In this document: piece after piece, positions 24,701 to 36,731 of the stretch
Numbering within the stretch: position 1 is the first letter of the stretch
Layout: the number at the start of each line of letters is the position of its first letter
Source of the DNA: Trichoplax adhaerens
Lineage: Eukaryota; Animalia; Placozoa
DNA: 64,000 nucleotides
Assembly: GCF_000150275.1 (NCBI RefSeq)
Contig: NW_002060955.1
Coordinates: forward strand, 1,634,024 to 1,698,023
Reading direction: 5' to 3'
The notes under the pieces: generated by a model
The model's input: the letters and a program-made list of their open reading frames with translations, nothing else
What the model was told of the DNA's origin: nothing
Databases searched by the model: none
Made by a program: the position numbers and the translations under genes

Positions 24701-27700
24701 TATCTATTATACGCGTACTGTAACAATGGCTATATTGCCATTTGCTTTCTACGTCAAGTTAGGCTGTCATCAGCGTAAAGTGTAATGTTGTGGATAGTTT
24801 ATGAATTGCATATGTTATTATCCAGAATATGTATTACCGCAATGCAATGATGTGAAACGGCGCGATGTGGTTTTTAGTATTTAGAAATACTGTATAAGGT
24901 ACTTTGCATTCAAAACGAAGAAGGGTTGTTTCCTTATTTTCTTTGTCACATATTTTATCAGGAAATATGACCACGATTATTAATTAATTAATTATATATT
25001 AATAATTTATTTCATGGAGACAATCCGGTAATCAGTAGACGTGATTCTATTCACTATCCATTGTTGTGAATAAGCGAGAGAACCCCAACAGACTTCACTG
25101 TTTACAAGAGCCTATCCACAGGTACACCTACATATGAAAGAATTTGCATTTGACTGCAAAATATTATTTGCTTGCCTATTTCTCGGTCATTAATAGCCCA
25201 TGACTACCCAACCTTGGGCACTGTCGTATTTTAATAATAGATAGTAATATACTGTGATAATAAAATTCCGGCAATCCATCGATGACGAAGATTAGATTAG
25301 CAAGCATTGATTATGCTGCATTCAATGATAATTTACTTGTATACAGTATGTCATATACAGTAATGCTCGTCGAATAAAGGCTACATGGAATGGCCTGATT
25401 TCCAATTGCAATTACCTTGATGATCTTGTATCATCTATGTGATCGTATCATGTTATAGAATGGTCATTTGGATGTTTCCCATTGCCATTGAATGTTGCAG
25501 AGTTGACGCGTATTTCTGCGCGTGTACTTGGTATACTGTATGTCATACTGTACCAGTTGTATTTGAATCATGGCCGATTGGCGCCAGGCTAGAGTACCGG
25601 TGTGATTGACAACATGCATTTTATTCCCTTATTTATTTATTGGGGAGTTTACTTCAATTTGTTTTTATCGTGTAGAATTTTTGCCTCATGTCACCTTGTC
25701 TATTTTGGATATTTGTGCAGCTGCATCAACCTGACAATATGTAGTCTTGTTCAGCGAGTGATTCTACTGTGTACTCGTATATGATCCATTGGTTGAGGTC
25801 CGTTCTGACTTCTGAGAAAGCGTTTGAATCATTTCATGCCTTTATTCGATTAATGTGAGGAAATTGCGAGTCAAAACCCAACACTCCACTACTGGATACG
25901 ATCCTCTTGCTACTAAATTGTGCACTGAGCGTCCGTTATTAATTGATTGGAAAGTATGAACAATTGAACTCAATTTGATCGTTATTGAATCTAAACTATG
26001 ATACACTTACAGTATCTAGATATACAGTATACAGTAGTACAACACCCATGATAATAGTGGGTGGACTGGTAGGAGGACTCTGCGATCGCAACCGTTGTCC
26101 GCGGTTGCGATCGATGCTAACAATAAATTCTCTTTTCCATTACAATCATTCAAAAGATTTTGGAAAGTTAGGTCAGCCAATGGTGAGCTCGGACACTAGA
26201 CGTCACGCTGATCTCCAACTGAATGGATCCATTTCATTGGCTTGTGGTCTCCATCACGTGTTGGCCAAATGATTCAATCGACCGATTTTTTCCAAATCAT
26301 CCTCCGCCCACGTACGGTGTTATAGGATGCGTGTTGTGGGTCAAGCGAATCTCCGCCTTCGACCACAATGTTCAAGTGTCCACTGTAATTATATTATTTA
26401 TTATTCATTATTGATTGAAGTGACGATAGCGTGTTTCTTCTTCTCTCTGCCGGGCTGTCCATGCATTATTATTGTAATAGTATTTATTTCTATAGCGTAG
26501 CCACCAGTGAGAAGACAGTTTATTGGAAAAAAAGGGAAGGCCTTATTTGATATGGCGCTTCTATCATAATAACCATTGATGGGCAGGTCATGGGCAGGTG
26601 CACGTTGTACAGTAGGAAACGATGCTCCAACAGATGACGATGCTGTACTGATAGCGTACAGTATTATGATAAGACGAGTCCACTACCCGTTGTACTGTAC
26701 ACTGTACAGTACAAACACGGAAGCATACGCTAAAGTACTAGCCTATCTTGTTTTGGACGAGTTCACGCGCTGTTTTACCTTTGCACACTCAATCATATAT
26801 CATTCATGATGGTCAATCGTCTCAGCTTGGGACAAGCGGATGATGAATCATGATATCATCCACTTAGATCATAAACCATCTGTAAAACGACAAGAGGAAA
26901 TATTACTGTACCTACAGTACAGTACTGTACGGTCGAGATATTGTTGGGATCGGATGATGTACTGTACACTGTACTGTACAGTATGCACTGTCCATTGTCC
27001 AATGGAGTGGTGTACTGTACATCTACAAGACGTAGTACTGTGCACTGTACAGTAGATTGGACTGTAGGCTACAATGCCGTACTCAGTTTGCTACAGAGAA
27101 TGGAGGCGTTGAAGCGTAGTATTTTTAGCCTTGATGGCGTACGCAGTGTATTGCAAGTAATCCTCGCTACTGTATCATCACCGCGATTGTCCAGAGTTCA
27201 ATGGACACAAGAACAGGTCGCGGCGGCAGCCGGTCTACTGCGTATATTACCATAGTACGCCTCAAGGTGGGGTTGCAGTCTTGGCAAATCCCTTAGCCGG
27301 TAGCAGATCATTTCGTCTGAGCATCAAGGCGTTTGCGATCCATTTTTGAAGGAAAAAAACATCGAGCGAGGTAAGCCGGCAATCATTGTATTTGATTTTG
27401 TAAAGAATGAGCCAAGCAAGTGCCATGGAAATAGAATAGAGATGGCCTCAGTCCATGTCCATTGCATTTTAGCATGGACAAGACGTTTACATAGTTTATT
27501 TCGCCGTTGATAAACGGTTCCAATCAAGGTGAAGGATTGGACTGCTTGGTACGCACTGTTTTGACTGGAGAATAAGTGCGCTCGGCTTGGTTTTTGTTTC
27601 CTACTGATGCTTGTACCAGTCGCGTTGTACGGTACAGTGCGTTTCCTGGCCCAACCAACTGTTCATTTTTTTTTCCAATCTAAACTCGGCAAACTTTTTT

Positions 27701-27892
27701 TTTCCTCAAGGTTCTCATTTGTCGCCATCGTGTCTTGACAATTTCTATTGCAACTGACTTGATGTTCAATACATGCCTACTTTGCACTCGCTAATTGTGA
27801 TGAAAAAAATAAAATTGAACTTCAACTGAAGCCTATCTTGTCTTTTTTTTTTCTTTTTTTTTTAATTTTGACCTTCTCCAACAGTAAGAAAC

Positions 27893-30800
27893 ATGGCAGA
27901 TAACGAAGGCAAACCTCGCAGCGTCGCTGAAGTCATCAAATCATCCGTCAAGGTACCTATTACTGGATTTGTAATTTTCTTTTCCATCTTTGCAACCATT
28001 GGTGGTTTCCTCTTTGGCTATGATATCGGGTAAGTGGAATTAAAAAAAAAAAAATAAACCACATCTTATCCATGGCGAAAGGCCAAAACTGGAGGGTGGG
28101 GTGTAGGCCTTGGCCAACACAAGATGTCATATGACGCTATGTTGTCCACTTTCCTCCACTGTACAATACAGTACTGTTGTCTTCATACTCGACTTTGCTG
28201 CTGTAAAGTTGTCATCTGTTCTGTTTACGCATTGCACACCATTTTAGATCAACGTGTTAAGTAAACTGATCCTTTGAAAAGTCAGTTGGTCAGTTTATCC
28301 GGTTTTTTTTCTTCGGTTATCCTCTCGCTGCCCATTGTATAGGCAAGCCAAGTTATTAATATCTTTTCCCATTGACTGTATACCTAGTTATACTGTCGAC
28401 TTGGATATTGGAAAGTTGACTTACTGCAAAAATTGCTCGTGTACCAGTATATTGCGCCATCATTTTGCAACCTTTCCACCCCCCTTATTGTCCACTAGTG
28501 TAAAACAGATGAGCTGATCCAATCTCCAAGGAATGATAAAAACTGCAATCATCATGATTGTTGAAAACTGAGACGATGCTGCTTTGACACCATGACCAAG
28601 CTCCCATTTGAAAAATCTTTATCATCACTCATGATAGGCGCAATCTTGCGCGAATATCGACGGTCTTTCTTATTACTGTCATTGATTGTACACTCCAAGA
28701 CAGTATACCGAAAGGGAAAAAAATGAACATAGAGCCAATTCCATTTTTATTGTCATCATTTTGTATCTCGCAAACGCTTACCGGATTAATGTTAACGTAC
28801 GTATAGAAACGCATTTGCGCCGTCTATCCCATATGACCCACCAATTTTTCGGGGGCTTTTATGCTGTTGATCCAACTTGTAGACTTGCGCTGTTTGACAT
28901 TCACTTTAGTAGATTGGATCAAAGTTGGCATGCACGTACTTGAATCATTTTTATCCCTTGTAGAGACCAGCCGTTTACTGTTCTCAATATACGCCTATTT
29001 CAAAAACTTGATTGTAATTTATGAGTTTACTTCAAAGTTTATATTGAACCGTCCAGTAGTAGCAGTCAGTAGACCACGGATAGCGTTACCGGCGCCGATA
29101 TTACAAATGTATTTTGTGTGTGAATCTACGATTGCAAAGTAGTTGAATTAGCAATTTGGAAATTAGAGTGAAGGATGACAGTTGATTGTAAGTTATGTTC
29201 GCGATGCCATATCATCCATTGAAACTAATATTGCAAACACCGAGTGTAATTGGCACATTCAACACGGAGCCTGACGGTTGTACAATGTACAGTACAACTG
29301 GTCCTTTGCTTTGGTGATTCATGGAACAAAAAATTAATGTGGTTAGCAACATCTTGAATGATTTCAATTCCTCTCGTCGATATTGAAAGAAATGAAGGTG
29401 ATGCGTAGACGATATCCTTGGATGATTGAATTATGCATGTATAGAGAGATGACTACAGTACCTTTGAAGTTCATCTTAATTGAATTAAAAATTAAAATAG
29501 GCAACTTTATACAAGTGTAGTACTCTGTACATGCAAAAATGCTGCCTATTCAGGCCCGCCCGCTCCAACTATTGCTTCCAATTGCTATCGACTAACGTCC
29601 CTTTCAAAGCATTTTCATCAGTCCAGCACTTGTAACGACTTCATTACTAACAGCAGCCTCTCCAGCCATTTTGGACGGGGAGGGGGGAAATTTTTCCATG
29701 GTTGTCTCCAGCTTTGAAGATGTGTACTTTTGTCTATTTTGTCCCTTTCAAAGCATTTTCATCAGTCCAGCACTTGTAACGATTTCATTACCAACAGCAG
29801 CCTCTCCAACCATTTTTGATAGGGAGGGGGAAACTTTTCCATGGCTGTCTCCAGCTTTGAAGATGTGTACTTTTGTCCCTTTCAAAGCATTTTCTTCAGT
29901 CCAGCACTTGTAACGACTTCATTACCAACAGCAGCCTCTCCAACCATTTTTGATAGGGAGGGGGAAACTTTTCCATGGCTGTCTCCAGCTTTGAAGATGT
30001 GTACTTTTGTCCCTTTCAAAGCATTTTCTTCAGTCCAGCACTTGTAACGACTTCATTACCAACAGCAGCCTCTCCAACCATTTTTGATAGGGAGGGGGGA
30101 AATTTTTCCATGGCTGTCTCCAGCTTTGAAGATGTGTACTTTTGTCCCTTTCAAAGCATTTTCTTCAGTCCAGCACTTGTAACGACTTCATTACCAACAG
30201 CAGCCTCTCCAACCATTTTTGATAGGGAGGGGGGAAATTTTTCCATGGCTGTCTCCAGCTTTGAAGATGTGTACTTTTGTCCCTTTCAAAGCATTTTCTT
30301 CAGTCCAGCACTTGTAACGACTTCATTACCAACAGCAGCCTCTCCAACCATTTTTGATAGGGAGGGGGGAAATTTTTCCATGGCTGTCTCCAGCTTTGAA
30401 GATGTGTACTTTTGTCCCTTTCAAAGCATTTTCTTCAGTCCAGCACTTGTAACGACTTCATTACCAACAGCAGCCTCTCCAACCATTTTTGATAGGGAGG
30501 GGGGAAATTTTTCCATGGCTGTCTCCAGCTTTGAAGATGTGTACTTTTGTCCCTTTCAAAGCATTTTCTTCAGTCCAGCACTTGTAACGACTTCATTACC
30601 AACAGCAGCCTCTCCAACCATTTTTGATAGGGAGGGGGAAATTTTTCCATGGCCGTCTCCAGCTTTGAAGATGTGTACTTTTGTCTATTGTTTGCATTAT
30701 TTATTTATTTTGCAGTTGTTTTGTTGGACTGCAATTGTGACAATTGTTCCAGCGGTCCAACGTAGTAGGCCAGCGATACAAAGGTTTTGCGCTGACTACG

Positions 30801-33800
30801 TGCTGGTACAATCAGTACGGACTGCATCCAGTCACACGCTACACCAGGTGATGCACTTGGACACCAATTGACAACGACGTTACAATGTTGCCGTTGGTCG
30901 CGCCCTTCCCTTGCCTTATTGGAATGACACCAATATGGAGTCTAGGCTATATCGCGTGCATAGGACAGTATTGCGGTACAAGGTGGAAAGGTCACGTACT
31001 TTCTTTTGCTACCGTTGACATCAGCCCAGGCTAATATCTGACACAGTCTTGACACTCGGAAACTCTTTGCTACAGTATTGTGTAGTCATAATGGATGGAT
31101 GATTGTGGCTGTCCCATGAAGGATTACTTACTGTACAGACTAGAATTAACCCTCAAGCACGCCCTACCGGAGCCGAGAAAAGCATTTCCCTTTTCTCAGC
31201 ATCAAACAGCCACTCCAGTACTGTAAGACGACATGGATAGCATGATGAGAAGGATTGTTGTCGCAGTGTTGCCCACAGTCAACTACTTGTGTACGGCCGT
31301 TGTGACTGCGATCGTCCAGGGCCGAGAAAAGCATTTCCTTTTTCTCAGCATCAAACAGCCACTCCAGTACTGTAAGACGACATGGATAGAATGATGAGAA
31401 GGATTGTCGTCGCAGTGTTGCCCACAGTCAACTACTTGTGCTCCTGTACGGCCGTTGTGACTGCGATCGTCCAGGGCCGAGAAAAGCATTTCCTTTTTCT
31501 CAGCATCAAACAGCCACTCCAGTACTGTAAGACGACATGGATAGAATGATGAGAAAGATTGTTGTCGCAGTGTTGCCCACAGTCAACTACTGGTGTACGG
31601 CCGTTTTGAACTACGATCGTCTCGACATGACGCAACAAACGATCGTACCATTTCCTGATGGCCATGTTGATCCACCTTATTCAATGTCTACAGCAACCTT
31701 GCCTACTTTGATACATCATCAATTCAGTTCTTGAAATGTCTACTCATCAATGAATGCTATCTCGAAGTCATGGACTATAGCTTGGAAGAAAAACCAACTG
31801 CGTCCAAGTAAACTCCATCTCTCACTTTCAACCAATGTCAAATGATTGAACCCATTCAGCCACGTCAGTCAAAAATCACTTTTCAACGTCAATATTTCCA
31901 CTATCAATGACCCCGGCTAAAAGCCAACATATCGACAAAACAAATGGGGATTCTATCAATGAGAAAAATAATAAAAAAAAAAACCCTGAAAACAAGATCA
32001 ATACCAACCCCCAAAGTCATTTCCAAGCCATCATTTGCCCTGTCTACATAAGTGGAGAGTAGCATTCCCTTCTGATTGGCCAATGGTGTCCTGAATATAG
32101 GATAGGTTGATCGACTTTATCCAATTGAAGCAGTTGAATACATCGACATCTGCTAGACTCGACTTGTTTCTATCTTACTCCAAAAAGTAGCTGAGTAAGG
32201 ACAATTCTTGCCAGTAATCCAAACATGGATTACAATAAAACTACTTCCATTCTTGTCATGAATTAATTAATCGGCAAAGTTGGTAGACACACCTTCCCAA
32301 ATAATACTATAATTTACTGTAGACTCTTCAACGATTCCGATCGAGTCTTATCACCATGATGGTAACATCTCGATCGAATACTATCCTACCCCTAATAGCG
32401 TACGGTGGCTGATATACAAGCTACCCAAGAGTATTTTTACATCATGTATTTCTATTAATCATTTCTTATCCTTTCCATCAGCATGGATAATGCCCAAAAA
32501 TAAATACATGGATTAATCTCCATTGAAAGGACAAAGAATTGAGTCAACTTATTAATACTAACATTGACGTGAAAGAAGTCGACAATCACGTAATCAGTTA
32601 CGCTTCGGTAGTCATACATTCTAGCCAATGTATCCTCTTCTTAGTCTCGATCTTTCTATAGCGACGATCCTATTTGGGTGATACTATACAGTCTTACCTT
32701 GACAACTTATTGTACAATGCAGACATCAACTAATGGACGATAATTGATATAATCCGGGACATCTGACAAGGGTGTTGAAGTGTATCGAATATGCAATAAA
32801 GTCAGACGCATAAACTCTGTAGATGGGCATCAACGGAATAGCTACAATGGATCACAGCTTCTCAATAAAATTACATACTGTAATACTCGCCGTACAATTG
32901 TATAGTAGTGAGTAGATATTTGTTGAAGAAAACCACTACTTGTATGTGGAAAAGAATGATGAATTGCAACTCTCCCCAACTGATATACATAGGATACTGT
33001 CAAGTCGACAGTCTAGTCAGTTTATAGATGATGGTTCACCATGATTTGAAACTTCAAAATGAAACATGACAACGTGAATAATTACTGTACTGTATTCAAA
33101 AGAAACCAAATACTTCGCTGCTGACTTTGAAAATTCATTCGAAAAGCCTTTTAGTCCACTAAATACTAATATTCTTTGCTAATCTCACTCTTGTATCGCT
33201 AATGCAAAAAGACTTATAGAAATTTCTATTTGAAACTTGTAGCATTTACTCACTTTTACTACTTCCGATCGATACCGCCTTGTGTCGCTCCCTCTTGTCT
33301 TACTATCGATATATTATATATATTATGATATGATTATAATTTGCCTGTCAATGCAATTATAGATGAAAAGAAAATTAAATTGTTTGTACTCTGTTCTCGA
33401 AAATGAATATCACTACACTTACAGTGGTAGTTACTAATATGACGTTGATCATCTTTTCCATTATAGTATCATCGGTGGTGTCACAAATATGCGACCATTC
33501 AGAATTAGCATGGGCTTACCTCCCAACAGTACTGAAGGAGAAGGTGAAGATCTTGCCAGTGCAATTGTAAGTGTTGTATACGGACAGCATTTCTCATTAC
33601 CATGCCATTTTGGGGGTTTTTCCCTACTGCACAAAGACACAAAGTGCTATGTGCCTGTCCTGTAATTAAATCATCGCAGTTATTCATTGAAAATTCTGTC
33701 GAAATTAATCCTACATACGGTACCTTTCATGATGACGAGAAATATTGAAAGCACTCAATTGTCCAATTTGATATCCGATACACAAATGGCTATAACCTAC

Positions 33801-36731
33801 CTTGTACTATAATGTACAGTACAGTGCAGTTATCCAGCCTCTTAATTTCCGTCTTGTACTGATTTTATTTAGAGTGATTGTGCGTCATAAAATGTAGTAC
33901 ATAATAATCAGTAGGGGTAGGGTCTACTGAATAAAGGACAGTAATTTATTTTAAAAGTAACTCCTGACGGTAGACATACCAAATGTTCATAAATAATAAC
34001 ATAATCGCTATTCTAAAAGCAGCTTAGCTTACTACAGTTATTCGTGCATTCAGTACGATGAAAAATTTTTACTACACAACATACACGCAACTTTTGATAA
34101 CGAACATGTTGTCAATTTGAATCCTATAATAAAAATAACGTTAATTTAGCGCTTAGCCAAATGTTATGCAACCACAAATACAACTATTTTATTGGTTAAT
34201 TGCCAAAGGAACAAAATGATTTGCAGTAATTAACACGTACTCGTATATCGATCTATTAACTGTTTAGGGAATTATTGTCTCATCTTTCTCTCTTGGCTGT
34301 ATGGTTGGTGCATTAAGTGCCGGATGTAAGTGCAGTAATTATATACTGCAAAAGTCTTTCTACAGTAGCAAAGTCATACTTTTCTCACAGTATATAAAAT
34401 ACCTTGTTGACACACGCGTATTTATTATAATTATTATGAATTACCACTTAGCAAACTAACACCTACAATTAAATGATATAGGGTTGTCCGATGTGTTTGG
34501 AAGAAAAATGACTGTTCTTGTGGGATCTACCATCTTTACCGTCGGCGGTGTCTTCCAAGGTGCCGCAATCTATTTGTGGTACGTACACGAATAATAAGAC
34601 TGATTTAATTGTTATTAATTACCGTTCGACGCTTTTTGCCAAATAATAAATGGACATCGAAAATTTCAAAATTTTATTACCATTAGGATGATGATCGTCG
34701 GCCGTGTTGCAGCTGGTCTAGGTGTCGGTATCATGAGTATGGTTGTGCCATTATTTAACGCTGAAATTTCACCGAAAGAACTTCGTGGTCGTTTAGTATC
34801 TTTACAACAACTCAGTATCACCTTTGGAATTATGGTAATTATAAAATCCATTTTTATATTCACATTGTCATATAGACTGCGTGGATGTTTACTCAGTTGC
34901 AAATAATTTTGGTCAATTAGATCAGCTTCTTGGTTAATTTAGCTGTAGAAGGTGTCGAGATTGGATGGCGTATCTCTCTTGGTTTGCAATCTGTTTTCTC
35001 AATCATTCTTGTTATTGGTATGCTCATGTTGCCTGAAAGCCCTAGGTAAGGGATAGAATATCCTTCAAGAGTCATGTTTACTTGAATGTATACCGTACCC
35101 AATCGATAATTGGAAATTAGAAAAGTAGAAATTATACAAGATCGTTCAGTATGTGTTTGCATACATTTATATGATTCGTTAGCATGTAGCCATAAGAAAA
35201 TAAGAATAAAATAGTTACCGTCGATAACTGCTATTTAAATCCAATTCTACTTTTGCTAGATGGCTAGTAAAGAATGGTGAAACTGGCAAAGCGCTAAGTG
35301 TATTGCAGCGTTTGCGAGCTGGTGCTCATGGCCAAAATGCCAATGTCGCACAGGAGGAACTTGACGAAATTGTCGATAGCATCGAGGCCGAAAGAGCTAT
35401 TGGTGAAGGTACTTGGAATGAAGTATTCTGCGCTCCAGATTCAGCTAAGAGGTAATAAAATTTGAGTCATATTATACCTTAAAATTGATACTGATTTTTT
35501 TATGCTATTTATTTATATAGAGTTGTCATCGGTTGCGGTTGTCAATTCTTTCAACAATTTAGCGGTATTAATGTTGTAATGTAAGTCCTATTACATATTA
35601 AGTTAATTAACATTTGCAACAACGAAATAATTTTATGCTGTAAAAAAATATTATTACAAAATTATGTAATATGTGACAAATTGGATGTGCAGGTACTATT
35701 CACCAATCATTTTCGATCATGTTGGTGTACCTCCTCTTATTTCGACCGCAGTCGTTGGTGTTATTAACTTTTTGAGCACATTTATTGCTCTTTATATCAT
35801 CGACAAGGTAAGTCAGATATTTGCCTACTGCAGTGAAAGACTACCCTGCTAAGTAGTCTTCCATAACCCAGATAAAGTATAGATGCTGCAATCTGTAATT
35901 CTTATCGCATTGATACTGATATATATTCAATACTGTAACAGGTTGGTCGAAAATTCTTAATGTTAGTTGGTGCTATTGGCATGGTTATTTCCCTATTCTT
36001 TGCTGGTGCTTTAATTTACGCCGTCGATGTTAGTCAAAATGTTGGTGTTGGTATCGTTATTGTCGTCTTGGTCTGCTTATATGTTAACAGCTTTGCCTAT
36101 TCCTGGGGGTAAGTTTTCAGTCTATTAATCGTGAAAGTATTGATGTAGATAGTGTTTTCTAATATCTTGCATTTACACTTGCGTAATGATATTCGATTTA
36201 TTTACAGACCTTGTGCATGGGTTATTACTAGTGAAATCTTCCCACTTCGTCTACGTGGTAAGTACTTGGCTGTCTCGTATACTATCATAGAGTATAATGC
36301 TGAGTTTAGTTACTACTATCGTGTAATATTTTGAAATTGTAATTCCAGGCAAAGCTGTCAGTATTACAACTCTTACCAACTGGATCGGAGTTTTTGTCGT
36401 TGCACAAATTACGCCATTGCTTTTGCAGCCGAATGTTCTTAACGTTCAAGGAATGTTTATCTTGATGGGAGTATTCTGTACTGCTGCCTTCTTCTTCACA
36501 TGGTTGCTTGTTCCAGAAACTAAGGTCATTAGCATTAAGTAAACAGATTGAGATATCTCAATAAAATTAATTCTGTTTTTATTTGTTGTATTGAAATGTA
36601 GAGTATATTAACGTATATATCTATGTGATAACATTGTTGGATTGCCTGATTAATAGGGTGTTTCTTTGGAAGCCATGGGCCAACTGTTTAAACGTTCAAG
36701 TTGGTTCGAAATCACTAGACCAATGGCGTAA
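27893..36731 (+). CDS. MFS sugar porter family (Sugar_tr) transporter, 13 coding exons
   Basis: Exons 27893-28029, 33467-33566, 34268-34325, 34482-34578, 34687-34834, 34921-35045, 35260-35451, 35521-35580, 35693-35807, 35942-36108, 36208-36257, 36349-36524, 36657-36731. Motifs GGFLFGYDIGIIGG, SDVFGRK, GRVAAGLGVG, EISPKELRG, PESPRWL, FQQFSGINVVMYY, DKVGRK, SWGPCAWVITSEIFPLRLRG, PETKGVSLE. Confidence 0.95.
29597..30689. repeat. Tandem repeat (minisatellite), ~135-bp unit, 8 copies, intronic
   Basis: Units start with GTCCCTTTCAAAGCATTTTC at 29597, 29741, 29875, 30009, 30144, 30279, 30414, 30549; central copies look identical. Confidence 0.97.
31172..31622. repeat. Tandem repeat, ~149-155-bp unit, 3 copies, intronic
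   Basis: Units start with GCCGAGAAAAGCATTT at 31172, 31321 and 31476. Confidence 0.95.

Noticed and set aside
25775-25840. tRNA-like stretch
   Set aside because: No cloverleaf or proper A/B boxes could be built; I found no supportable RNA gene in the window.
25985-27527. Short ORFs upstream of the sugar transporter
   Set aside because: Low-complexity translations of TACAG/CTGTA-rich, probably promoter or 5'UTR sequence, with no protein motifs.
29975-30871. 298-aa ORF with 45-aa repeats
   Set aside because: It arises from a 135-bp (3n) intronic tandem repeat. The 134-bp copies break the frame, and it lies inside intron 1 of the sugar transporter.
29597-31622. CRISPR-like array
   Set aside because: Units are contiguous full-length repeats with no unique spacers, there are no cas genes, and the context is eukaryotic.
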